DNA of 64,000 bases from a bacterium (lineage in GTDB: Bacteria > SAR324 > XYD2-FULL-50-16): contig JAVVEA010000008.1 of the NCBI GenBank assembly GCA_032250835.1, forward strand, positions 32,001 through 96,000, read 5' to 3'. The position numbers and the translations under genes are program-made. This document shows positions 28,352 through 37,669 of this stretch, piece by piece (the stretch's first letter is position 1; the number at the start of each line of letters is the position of its first letter). Below the pieces are notes generated by a model, which did no database searches, had not been told where the DNA came from, and worked only from the letters and a program-made list of their open reading frames with translations.

Positions 28352-31078
28352 ATGGCTAAGAAGAACCAAAATCCCTTTCCTTATTATGTAGGCGTTCATT
28401 CGCTCAAGGAATTGGCTAATAAGGACACCCGGGTTTGTGTGATGAACATCCTGGGCAATGAGTCGCGCACCGTCACCCCGACGAGCCACGAATATTCCGG
28501 CGGCAACATTGTTGCCGGGGTTCAGTTTGGCCGCAGTGGCCAGTCGCTGGAAACCGCCAAGGGCGACATTCCGGTTTTTGGCTCCGTCAAGGAAGTGGTG
28601 GATTCAGGCAATCATTTCGACACCGGCGTGATCTACCTGCCCCCTTCGGCGGTAAACTACGCGGTTAGTGAGATGTGCAAGCACAACCACGACCTAAAGA
28701 AACTCATCATCTTAACCGAAAAGATCGGCGTGCGTGATGCCCGTATGATCCGTTGGGGCTGCCAGCAGCGCGGCATCGACGTCTTTGGTGGTAACTGTTT
28801 GGGTATCGCCAACGCTTGGGACAAAGTCCGCGTTGGGGGTGCCTTGGGCGGCGACAAGCCCGCTGAATCCCTCAAGAAGGGTTCGGTGGCGATCTATTCA
28901 AACTCCGGTAACTTCTCGACCACCATCAGCGAGTACCTTAAGACCGCCGGTTACGGAACCAGCACCATCTTAAGTTCCGGTAAGGACGTGATCATCCACT
29001 TCGCCTTGGCCGAATTCCTCTACTGCGCCGAGAACGACCCCCGCACCGAAGCGGTAGTGGTCTACATCGAGCCCGGTGGATATTATGAGAAGCAGGCTAT
29101 CGACTGGATTGCCGAGAACAAGTTTAAGTTCACCAAGCCGATTATCGCTTGTGTGACCGGACGCTGGAAAGCCAACATCACCCGTGCTTGCGGCCACGCA
29201 GGGGCGTTGGCCGGTTCGGGCGACGATGCCCTGGCTAAAGAGAAGTGGTTTGATGACTACTTCGGTGTGGGTCTCTTCAACCCCGAAAAGCCTAAGGTTA
29301 GCCCCAAGGGCGTGCGTATCGCCTCGATTCAGGATGTGCCTTTGGCCATGACTGCGGTGATGAAGAAGCTGGGCGGTAAGCCCGACTTCCCGCCGGTCGG
29401 CGACTTGAGCCTTAAGCCTTGGTTTGTTAACGACCAAAAGGTTGATTACCCCAAGAACCTTAAGCTGCCTTTGGTTAAGGCCATTGAGCCCTACGGCGAG
29501 CAGATCGAATCGGTCAGTAAGCAGGTCGGCGCGCAACTGCCCCGCGAAGGCATGCGCAATCGCTCGGGCGCGACCCGCATGGACCCCAAGACCCAGGTCA
29601 CCCAGGTTCACGGCGTCCCCTTGTTGGACTTGGTCCAGCATCCCTTTGGTGACACCAACTTCTTTGCCTTGACCAAAGAAATGCCCGCCAAGGGCTTCGG
29701 CAAGCTCGGCAACTTGGTGCTCAACTATTACATCTGCGAGGCTGCCCAGTCGGTCGGCGCTTCCATGGTCGGCCGTGCCAACGGCGCGACCCCCAACGCC
29801 TATATCGCCGCTGAAGTTTTGCTGCAGGGCGACAAAAGCCTCTTTAAAGGGGTCCGCGCAGATATGAACGTGCTGATCGACGCCTTCTATCCTTTGATCG
29901 GTAAGGAGCAAGCTTCCAATAAGTCGGCGGTGGATAAGGTCCTCAAAAGCAAGCTGGACATTGCCGAAGGCAAGAACAGCAAGATGCAAGCGACCGCTGC
30001 TGAATTTATTTTAAGCCAAGCCAAGAAGTACAAGGCCAACACGGTCTTTACCGACTTTGCCGAGGCTTACTTGGCAAAAAACAAAAAGGCCTGCGGCATC
30101 AGCTTGGCTTTGGCTTCGGCCATGCTCAGCATCAGCTGGCCTTCCTTAACCAACCGCCGCATCACCCGTGACGCAGCCGTTGAGATGGGCACCTATTTGG
30201 GTGTGCATGGGGTGATTGTGGCTTCGGCTCCTTCGAATGGCGAAACCAACAAGCACTTCAACGCGCTCAAGACCCTCAAGGACCCCAAAGTCTTAGAGAC
30301 GGACTTTACCGAGACCTGTTTCCAAATCCTCTTCGACCGCAAGCCCGTCGGTGACAACGAGTTGTTCGCGCTCAACGCTATGTTGAACCTGACCATCTCT
30401 AACGGACCCGGCACCATCAGCGGCAAGGGCGCTAAAGAGAGTGTATCGGCTAAAAACCAAATCCCCGTAACCTACGCTGGCTTTATGGCCAACACAGGTC
30501 TGGCCCACGGTGGCAACGGTTTTGAGGCCGTCAAGTTCTTGATCGAGCAGTTCGCCAAACTGGATCCCTACAAGGCCCAAAAAGGCTTGGATAAGAAGTT
30601 GGCCGATTTGGCCGCCGGGACCGCCGCGACCTACTTGGAATACAAGAAAAAGGCTAAGGCCACCGGCGACATGCAGTACATGAAAATCCCCTGCATCAAC
30701 CACCCGGTCTTTAAGGGCAAGTCCGTCAACATCGACCCCCGCGAAGAGTTTATTTATAACCTCTTTGCAGGCCGGAAGATGAGCAATCCCTTCCAAGAGT
30801 ATTACCACGTGTTGGTGAAGAAATTGGCAGAGATCGGCGCGACCAAGAACCAATTCTGCGTCAACATCGACGCGGTGATCGCCACCATCAGCTTGGAGTT
30901 GTTCTGGGATCAGTTCAAGTCCGGCAAGGTGACCGAGGCCCAGATGCAGGATTTGGTCTTCATCATGTTCCTCTTCTCGCGCATGGTGGGTACCGCGGCC
31001 GAGGTAGCCGACCACCGCTCGAGGGGCACCGATATGGACTGCCGCACCCCGGCCTCACAGTGTGAGTACGTGGTTTAA
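28352..31078 (+). CDS. aclA: ATP-citrate lyase large (alpha) subunit, long 'type II'-like form
   Basis: CoA-binding/SCS-alpha-like N-half with phospho-His ACGHAGA; citrate-synthase-like C-half (GLAHGGNG, PCINHPVFK, DPRE, NIDAV); 908 aa. Confidence 0.85.
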   Translation: MAKKNQNPFPYYVGVHSLKELANKDTRVCVMNILGNESRTVTPTSHEYSGGNIVAGVQFGRSGQSLETAKGDIPVFGSVKEVVDSGNHFDTGVIYLPPSAVNYAVSEMCKHNHDLKKLIILTEKIGVRDARMIRWGCQQRGIDVFGGNCLGIANAWDKVRVGGALGGDKPAESLKKGSVAIYSNSGNFSTTISEYLKTAGYGTSTILSSGKDVIIHFALAEFLYCAENDPRTEAVVVYIEPGGYYEKQAIDWIAENKFKFTKPIIACVTGRWKANITRACGHAGALAGSGDDALAKEKWFDDYFGVGLFNPEKPKVSPKGVRIASIQDVPLAMTAVMKKLGGKPDFPPVGDLSLKPWFVNDQKVDYPKNLKLPLVKAIEPYGEQIESVSKQVGAQLPREGMRNRSGATRMDPKTQVTQVHGVPLLDLVQHPFGDTNFFALTKEMPAKGFGKLGNLVLNYYICEAAQSVGASMVGRANGATPNAYIAAEVLLQGDKSLFKGVRADMNVLIDAFYPLIGKEQASNKSAVDKVLKSKLDIAEGKNSKMQATAAEFILSQAKKYKANTVFTDFAEAYLAKNKKACGISLALASAMLSISWPSLTNRRITRDAAVEMGTYLGVHGVIVASAPSNGETNKHFNALKTLKDPKVLETDFTETCFQILFDRKPVGDNELFALNAMLNLTISNGPGTISGKGAKESVSAKNQIPVTYAGFMANTGLAHGGNGFEAVKFLIEQFAKLDPYKAQKGLDKKLADLAAGTAATYLEYKKKAKATGDMQYMKIPCINHPVFKGKSVNIDPREEFIYNLFAGRKMSNPFQEYYHVLVKKLAEIGATKNQFCVNIDAVIATISLELFWDQFKSGKVTEAQMQDLVFIMFLFSRMVGTAAEVADHRSRGTDMDCRTPASQCEYVV

Positions 31079-31117
31079 GTCCCTTGATTTGGGCCGCTTG
31101 AGGGCGGCCTGATGATT

Positions 31118-31164
31118 AAAAAAAAAGGCCCCTCTTACCTTTGCGCGGTAAGAGGGGCCTTTTT
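31118..31164 (+). terminator. Intrinsic terminator after aclA
   Basis: A-tract GGCCCCTCTTACC-loop-GGTAAGAGGGGCC T-tract. Confidence 0.9.
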
Positions 31165-31240
31165 GGTTGGTCGGCACTTCTCTTGTCGCGCCCTGTCCTT
31201 TCTGGTAGGATAAAAAGAAAACCCCTGTACAGGAGGCAGC

Positions 31241-31546
31241 ATGAACGACGAAACTTTAGAGGTGGTCAGTACTGAAGAAGCGCGGCTGGAATTAGAAAAG
31301 TTGGGCCCCGGCTGGACGGTGACCGTAGAAGGGCACTTGAGCCGCTTGCAGGGTATGCCCAACTTTTCAGCCGGGCTCAAGTGGGTCAACCAGATCGGTG
31401 AGGTGGCCGAGGAATTAAACCACCACCCGGACATCTACTTGAGTTTTAAGCAGGTCCGGTTGGATTTATATAGCCACAAGCTAGAAGGACTCTGTCAGGC
31501 CGACTTCACCTTGGCCCACAAGATCGACCAACTGGACCCCCATTAA
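31241..31546 (+). CDS. phhB: Pterin-4-alpha-carbinolamine dehydratase
   Basis: AEELNHHPDI…YSHKLEGL…DF.LA.KID. Confidence 0.92.
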   Translation: MNDETLEVVSTEEARLELEKLGPGWTVTVEGHLSRLQGMPNFSAGLKWVNQIGEVAEELNHHPDIYLSFKQVRLDLYSHKLEGLCQADFTLAHKIDQLDPH

Positions 31547-32133
31547 CCCTGCGGGGCTATCAGGTAAGGCTCGACTAGGGTGCGGACCATGACCATCGAC
31601 TGCGCCATGCGTTCCTTGGTGCTCTCTTGTCCGCTCAGGACTAAGTAAGGATTCCAGAAGATCGAAACGAGCCAGATGATTTGCACTAGTTGGTCCACCC
31701 TTTCCTCAGGTATCGGGCGGACCAGTCGGTTTTCGATCATCCCTAAGATGGTCCCTTTGATTTGGGCCTGACGTATCGCTTGCCTTTCCAGAAAGGCTTG
31801 GCGGAGCGCTTCGGATTGGAGCAGGTTGGCGGTCTCTCGACTGAAGAAGCGGTACTTCCACTCGGATTCGCTGATCTGGTTGAAATAAAGCTCCATATCT
31901 TCGAAGCTGCTGGGCACAAAGGTTGTTGAAGCCCCTTCCATAACCTCATCAAAACAGCATTCCATTTCTTCGAACAAGGTCAGGATAATCGCTTCTTTGT
32001 TCTTAAAATGATAATAGAGGCTGCCCGGACTGACCCCAGCGGCCTTGGCGATGTGGTTGGTGGTGACGCCAGCGGTCCCCTGCTCATTGAAGAGCTCCAA
32101 CGCGGCCTGTAGGACCTTTTCTCGGTTTCCCAT
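31543..32133 (-). CDS. TetR/AcrR-family regulator
   Basis: ALELFNEQG…TTNHIA…SPGSLYYHFKNKE. Confidence 0.93.
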   Translation of the reverse strand: MGNREKVLQAALELFNEQGTAGVTTNHIAKAAGVSPGSLYYHFKNKEAIILTLFEEMECCFDEVMEGASTTFVPSSFEDMELYFNQISESEWKYRFFSRETANLLQSEALRQAFLERQAIRQAQIKGTILGMIENRLVRPIPEERVDQLVQIIWLVSIFWNPYLVLSGQESTKERMAQSMVMVRTLVEPYLIAPQG

Positions 32134-33575
32134 TAGAAGCTGTATTTGAGGGCCGCTATCAGCCGGTCGTTGTTCTTAAAGGGTTCGAGCAGGGCCGTAT
32201 CGCTGGGTGATTCAAAAGCAACCAGCCCTCCCGAAATGTTCAAGGCATCGATCACGTCATAGTCTACCGTCAGCCGGTACACGTCCCCGTCCTGGTCAAA
32301 GAAGTGAATCCATACGACCCGGTAGTGAAGCGTGTCGTTTAGGGCCGCATAGTCCAAGCTAGAGAAGGTCATGGCGGTGGTCTCGCCACTGCTGAGATTG
32401 TCTTGGTAGTCGGCAATCTGCTCGTAAATCCCTTCTAAGGTGAGCGTTAAGTCGGTGATGCCCATGTATTCTACGCCCAAACTCGCTTGGTTGAGCGTCT
32501 TTTCGACGGTTGCCTCAACGTTGTCTTGATTGGGCATTTGCCCCGAGTAAGCTAAGGTCATGATCTGAGCCGCTAGGTCGTTGCGGGTATAGGTCATCCC
32601 TTGCTTGCGCGCCAACTCACCTTTGATCAACATTCCGCCGAAGACTTGATTAGCCGAAACCCCTACCGAACGGACCTTGGCGTATTTTGGAGTCAGCGTC
32701 AGGCCAGCAGTAGAGCTGTAGGATTCAAAATCCAGATAGAAGCTGTCTGAGTAGGTCTCTGAAGCATACAACGCGGCGTCGCCCCCGTGGTATCGGTTTA
32801 AGACCCGAAACATCCACTCGCCCCCATTGGCCGGTAGCTCGTCTTCGGCAACCTGAACTCCACTGCTGCGCAGGCCAGACAGGGGGTCAAACTCGCTGCC
32901 CTGGGTGCCGATTTTGTTGGGTCGGAATTCGTGCAGCGCTACTAGGTCGGTCTGGAAGCCCCCGCTGGCCCAAGTTAGCTTGGTGGCGGTGACCGGGATG
33001 CGCGCGTCTTCAATATCCACCATGCCCAGTTCGCGGTTGTCGCGCGGGTTGGCCATGTCATTGATCTGGGCCGCGTCACTTTGGCCCCAGGCAACGATTT
33101 GCCGTCCCGATTTCAGAGAAAAGCCGCCGCCCAAGACCCCTTCGATATAGGTGTCGCGTAGCTCCAACTCCCGCTCATAGGCATCCAAAGTATCTTGGCT
33201 GTATTGGTCTCGACCGTTGACGCGGTAGGCCTGGTCGTGGAACCCATTGCCGTTGATCTTCAGACGCCAGTCTGGATTGAATTTATAATCAAAAGACAGG
33301 TTTAGGGTGAACCGCATCTTAGTGAACTTTTCCTGGTCCGACTCTTTGGCGTAAGAATAGCCCGCCTCGGCTTTGGTGAAGCCGTAGAAGTCCCAAGACT
33401 TTTGTTCGAAGTCCCTATCGATTTGGCCGATGTCGATGCTGGGTGCGGCGATTTCGGTATCAAAACCTTCGCCAAAACCGCCGGAGCCAAATCCGGCGTC
33501 TTCAAATCCGTCTTGTGCCCAGGCCGCTGGAGCGGCCAACAGGAGGCAGGCAGCTAGGCTAAGCCATCGCTTCAT
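32133..33575 (-). CDS. Outer-membrane beta-barrel, DUF1302-like
   Basis: Signal peptide; ELRDTYI…GRQIVAWG…D..NPRD; C-terminal LKYSF beta-signal. Confidence 0.8.
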   Translation of the reverse strand: MKRWLSLAACLLLAAPAAWAQDGFEDAGFGSGGFGEGFDTEIAAPSIDIGQIDRDFEQKSWDFYGFTKAEAGYSYAKESDQEKFTKMRFTLNLSFDYKFNPDWRLKINGNGFHDQAYRVNGRDQYSQDTLDAYERELELRDTYIEGVLGGGFSLKSGRQIVAWGQSDAAQINDMANPRDNRELGMVDIEDARIPVTATKLTWASGGFQTDLVALHEFRPNKIGTQGSEFDPLSGLRSSGVQVAEDELPANGGEWMFRVLNRYHGGDAALYASETYSDSFYLDFESYSSTAGLTLTPKYAKVRSVGVSANQVFGGMLIKGELARKQGMTYTRNDLAAQIMTLAYSGQMPNQDNVEATVEKTLNQASLGVEYMGITDLTLTLEGIYEQIADYQDNLSSGETTAMTFSSLDYAALNDTLHYRVVWIHFFDQDGDVYRLTVDYDVIDALNISGGLVAFESPSDTALLEPFKNNDRLIAALKYSF

Positions 33576-34384
33576 TAGAGCCCCCGCTGCATGCGCTGGG
33601 TGTTGAACAGTTGATCGTCCACCCCTTGGTTGTATTGTAGGTTGTCAAAGACCAACACCGTGGAATGCTCGCGTTGGTTGCGGCTGAAAGTACTCATTTC
33701 CAGCTTTTTGGCGGTCCAGATTCCCTGGATTTGCTGGATGTCGCTGGCTTTCATGATCTTGATCTTCTGGCCTTTCTTAACCCAAACCTTACCCTGGACT
33801 ACCATAAAGTTGTCTTTGCGGACCCAAGCCAGCCGCTTGAGGTAGCCCGTGTCTTCGATCACCTGGGCGGCAATGTCTTGGCGGGGCACTGAACCGATCA
33901 CCCAGCAATCCTGACCGTCGATCATTTCGGATTCCTTGACCATCTGATAAGACCAATCACTGACTTCCAGGCCGTTCATGTCGTGGTAGGTGAAGTCGGT
34001 GCCCATGAAGCTGTCTTTTTTGTTGCTGCTAGCGATCCGCTTGACCTTACGTAAGGCCGGCAGGTAGAGCCAATTGTCATCATCTTTGTCGGCAGGTTCG
34101 TAGTCAAAGGCCAAGAACGAAGTGTTTTTTACGTCTGCCGGATCGAGAAAGAACATCAAAGACTTGGTGGTCTCGTCGGCATAATCCTTACGGAAGCTTT
34201 TGAGTTTGCGTACCCGTTGTTGGTCTTTAGAATCCACCATGATCATGGTCATTTCGCTGATCGAGGTCTCTCCATCATCCAGCTTATCTGACTTCTCGAT
34301 AATTTCTTGGGGGCTCAAGGCAAAGACTGGTTGAGAAAAAACCAATAGCGCCAGGGCAGCCATTGCGGTTTTCATTACTTTCAT
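33575..34384 (-). CDS. Outer-membrane lipoprotein-sorting (LolA-like) periplasmic protein
   Basis: Signal peptide; F..PADVKNT.FL, DDDNWLYLPALRKVKRI, SFMGTDFTY.D. Confidence 0.88.
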   Translation of the reverse strand: MKVMKTAMAALALLVFSQPVFALSPQEIIEKSDKLDDGETSISEMTMIMVDSKDQQRVRKLKSFRKDYADETTKSLMFFLDPADVKNTSFLAFDYEPADKDDDNWLYLPALRKVKRIASSNKKDSFMGTDFTYHDMNGLEVSDWSYQMVKESEMIDGQDCWVIGSVPRQDIAAQVIEDTGYLKRLAWVRKDNFMVVQGKVWVKKGQKIKIMKASDIQQIQGIWTAKKLEMSTFSRNQREHSTVLVFDNLQYNQGVDDQLFNTQRMQRGL

Positions 34385-34405
34385 AGGTTATCCTTTATGG
34401 GGTGA

Positions 34406-35086
34406 TTAAAAGTTGTAGCCGATCGTGAAATGCACCAACACTTGTGAAGTCGGTGGGGCGTTGTCGATCAGACGTTGCTTTAAGGCCGCTTGGTCGGCGT
34501 CGCTGACCGTCTCGTCAAAGCCCGAGAGGGCCACTTCCGAATCGCTCGGATTGTTGACCCCGGCCAAGACGCCAAAGCCCATCGACAAGCCAAATTCAAA
34601 GACATGGTTGATGCCCGCGCCGAGTGCAGCGCCGGAATAGGGTTGGCCGCTTACCTCTGCCGTGAAACCGGTGGTGTAAGCGTTGTCCCCGATCACACGC
34701 AATCTCTGGTCATACACCAAGGTCATTTGGTCTCCTTCGGTGGCCAAGTATCCGAGGCTGAAATAACCACCAAAGGCCCAAGGAGACCAGCGCAACTCCG
34801 CTCCACGGCGTTTAGCCAGATTGGCGTCGTCGCTGACCAAGCCGTAATATCCATATTGGAGTTGCTCACGGCGCGAACCATTTTGGTCATAGCCGTCGCT
34901 AGTAACAGAAAACGGGTTGGCTTGAATCACGCCGAAGTACCAAGACTCGTTGAAGTGGTATCCCAGCGCCCCGCCTCCAGAGAGGTTAAGCTGCCATTGG
35001 AGCGGGTTGATTTTTCGCCCTTGATCGGCTGCCCACAAAGGATTAGCAAGAAAAAGGGGCAACAATAAGAAAAAGATCCGTTTCAT
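34406..35086 (-). CDS. Small outer-membrane beta-barrel protein
   Basis: Signal peptide; amphipathic strands; ends HFTIGYNF. Confidence 0.7.
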   Translation of the reverse strand: MKRIFFLLLPLFLANPLWAADQGRKINPLQWQLNLSGGGALGYHFNESWYFGVIQANPFSVTSDGYDQNGSRREQLQYGYYGLVSDDANLAKRRGAELRWSPWAFGGYFSLGYLATEGDQMTLVYDQRLRVIGDNAYTTGFTAEVSGQPYSGAALGAGINHVFEFGLSMGFGVLAGVNNPSDSEVALSGFDETVSDADQAALKQRLIDNAPPTSQVLVHFTIGYNF

Positions 35087-35098
35087 GGTTACCTTTCC

Positions 35099-37597
35099 TT
35101 AAGAATGGGCCTTGGATTTTTGTAAAAACATCACCGCAGGCAGGAGCGTGAGGGATGCGACCAAGGCCACCAGCAGAATCACCCCGGCAAAGAAGCCCAA
35201 TTGGATGTTCGGCACAAAGGTCGAAAGCATCAGAATCGCAAAGCCAAAGAACAGAATCACCGTGGTGAAGGTGATGGCTTTGCCCGTTTCGGTAACCGCA
35301 ACATGCACCGCTTCTTTGCGGGAGACGCCGGTGGCGCGCACCTTCATGTAGCGGCTTAAGATATGGATGGTGTCGTCCACGGCGATACCGAAGGTTACCG
35401 AGGCGATGATCATGGCGCTGAAGTTTAGGTAGAATCCCATCAGACCCATAATGCCCCCGGCCAATAAAATCGGGAACAGGCTGGGGATCAAGGCCAACAG
35501 TCCATATTTAATGGACCGCAGCAACACCAAGAAGCAGATGAAGATCGCGGCTAAGGCCAGGGCAAAGGACTGGACGATGCCTTGAAGGATATAGGTGTCC
35601 ATGTTGTTATACAAAACCGGCATGCCCGTGATGGTCACCCCAAGGTCAGCAAAGTCCTGGTCCACCTTGGTTTGGATCTTTTGCACAAAGTCTTTCATCT
35701 GGTTGGTCGGTTGGTTGACCAGCCGCAAGGAGACCCGCATCCGGCGCTCGTCGAAGGTCTTGAGGTCCGTCAAGTCTTCGGTGGGAGAGGAGTTGCTGTA
35801 TAACAACAGATACTGGGCCACCAGCTCCCGCGAGTCGGGTAGTTTGTTCCAGGCCGGGTCGTCGCCGTGCATGGCTTGGTTGAGCTTACTTAAAATATCC
35901 AAGAGGCTGTTGGCTTGGCCGGTATGGTCTAAGCTTTCGAGGTAGTCTTGGAATTCTTGGGCGCGGGCCAGATACTGGGGGTCTAAGACGCCTTTGTCTT
36001 TGCCTGAATCTAAGATGAACTCCAAGAAAAAGCCGCCCTGGTAGGTGTCGTTAAAGTAGTCCAGGTCCGCACGCATGGGCGCGTCTTTTTTGAAGTAGTC
36101 CACAAAGTTGGCGTTTACTTTAACCGTCGAGAGCGCGGCCACAGAGGCCAAAACCACCACCAAGCCGATGATTGAAATGGGCTTAGCGTATTTAAAGTCA
36201 AAGTCCGTGATCTTAGCGGTGAAGCGGTCCACAAAACCTACTTCCGCATCTTCTTGGGCCTGACTCTCTTTGGCCTTGGCAAAACTCATCAAGGCGGGCA
36301 AGAGCGTGACGGTGATCAGGAAGGCCATGGCCACGCCGAAGGCTGCGACGACGCCAAATTCACGTAGCGGCGCTAGCTTACTGACCGAGATGGCCAGAAA
36401 ACCCAAACCCGTGGTGATCGAGGTGTTAAGACAAGGCACAAAGAGGTGGCGGACCGACTCTTTGGCCGCTTCCTTGGGCTCAACCCCTTGGTTGCGGTGG
36501 TGGTAAAACTCCACCAGAATATGCACCGAATCACCGATGCCCACGGCCATCAAGATGACCGGTAGCGTCACGTTGAGCATGTTTAAGGCCCAGCCGAGAT
36601 AGGCGATAAAGGCCATGGTGGTCACCACCGAACCGACTATCACCAAAAGGGGCATGGTCAAGCCCGCGACGCTGCGGAAGCTGGTGACCAAAACGACGAT
36701 GATCAGCAAAAACATCAGCGGCAGCGTCAGTTCCTGATCCGACATGCTGCTGTTAAAGAAGTTCGCCGAGATTTCAGGGTTGCCGGTGAAATGGAAGACA
36801 AAACCTTGCTCTTCAAATCCCTGCTCTTTAACAAAGTTTTTGACCTCTTTGACCATCGCTACATGGTGGTTGATGGTCCCTTTGAGGTAGGTGGCGCGGG
36901 CGCTGATCAGAGCATGACGGAAGTCTTGGCTGATCAGGCTGCCGACCACTAAGGTTTCGCCTTTCATCAAGGCTTCGGCCTGGGCCAGTTGCTCTGGGGT
37001 TCCCTCAAACTCGCTGGGGCTTTCAGGGAAGAGGTCGTGGACGTCTAAAGTGTCGCCTTTGGATTGGGTGACCTGATAGGTGGTCAGTGACTGTACCTTG
37101 GTGACCGCGCGGATCGGGTGGCTACGTTTTGGTTGCTCTGGGTTTAAAGTACCTTCACCAAATCCTTGGTCAAAGCCGCCGCTAAAATCACCGCCCAGGT
37201 CGCCGCCGATGCCTAGGCTGTCGGTCTGGAATTTTTCGCCGTTACGCTCGCGGGTGAGGTCTGTGAACTGGACGTCTTTTAAAAAGTCGTGGTTTTCTAG
37301 AAACTCGGTGAGCTGATAGGTCATTTCAATGTACTCTTTGGTGAACACTGAAGCGTCGCCGGGGCGCGCTTCAATGCCGATCAAAAAGTATTCATTGTCG
37401 CCAAAAGATTTGAGTAGTTCATCATATTGGACCAATGCCGGGTCGTCTTTGATGAACCACATTTCGTTGGAGTTGTCGAAATATAGGTTCTTCAAAGGCA
37501 AGAGGGCCAGCAGGGCAAAAATCGCCGAAGCCACCAGCACCAACCAGCGCCGCTCCACCACGAAGTCGGCCCAAAAGTTTATAAATTTTCGAAACAT
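35099..37597 (-). CDS. MMPL/RND-superfamily transporter (copy 2)
   Basis: Two 1+5 TM repeats with periplasmic domains; GIGDSVH and GIAVDDTIH motifs. Confidence 0.92.
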   Translation of the reverse strand: MFRKFINFWADFVVERRWLVLVASAIFALLALLPLKNLYFDNSNEMWFIKDDPALVQYDELLKSFGDNEYFLIGIEARPGDASVFTKEYIEMTYQLTEFLENHDFLKDVQFTDLTRERNGEKFQTDSLGIGGDLGGDFSGGFDQGFGEGTLNPEQPKRSHPIRAVTKVQSLTTYQVTQSKGDTLDVHDLFPESPSEFEGTPEQLAQAEALMKGETLVVGSLISQDFRHALISARATYLKGTINHHVAMVKEVKNFVKEQGFEEQGFVFHFTGNPEISANFFNSSMSDQELTLPLMFLLIIVVLVTSFRSVAGLTMPLLVIVGSVVTTMAFIAYLGWALNMLNVTLPVILMAVGIGDSVHILVEFYHHRNQGVEPKEAAKESVRHLFVPCLNTSITTGLGFLAISVSKLAPLREFGVVAAFGVAMAFLITVTLLPALMSFAKAKESQAQEDAEVGFVDRFTAKITDFDFKYAKPISIIGLVVVLASVAALSTVKVNANFVDYFKKDAPMRADLDYFNDTYQGGFFLEFILDSGKDKGVLDPQYLARAQEFQDYLESLDHTGQANSLLDILSKLNQAMHGDDPAWNKLPDSRELVAQYLLLYSNSSPTEDLTDLKTFDERRMRVSLRLVNQPTNQMKDFVQKIQTKVDQDFADLGVTITGMPVLYNNMDTYILQGIVQSFALALAAIFICFLVLLRSIKYGLLALIPSLFPILLAGGIMGLMGFYLNFSAMIIASVTFGIAVDDTIHILSRYMKVRATGVSRKEAVHVAVTETGKAITFTTVILFFGFAILMLSTFVPNIQLGFFAGVILLVALVASLTLLPAVMFLQKSKAHS

Positions 37598-37624
37598 CGG
37601 TTCAGCTTGAAAGATAGTTTTGGG

Positions 37625-37665
37625 TTAGAGCAATTACTCTAAATTGATTAGAGTAATTGCTCTAG
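37625..37665. promoter_or_regulatory. Tandem palindromic operators (TetR-like), internal to the locus
   Basis: TTAGAGCAATTACTCTAA (37625-37642) and TTAGAGTAATTGCTCTAG (37648-37665). Confidence 0.75.
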
Positions 37666-37669
37666 AGGG

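Noticed and set aside
28970-31015. Long antisense ORFs (28970-29989, 30293-31015) opposite aclA
   Set aside because: Shadow ORFs expected from strong codon bias in a GC-rich gene; no recognisable motifs
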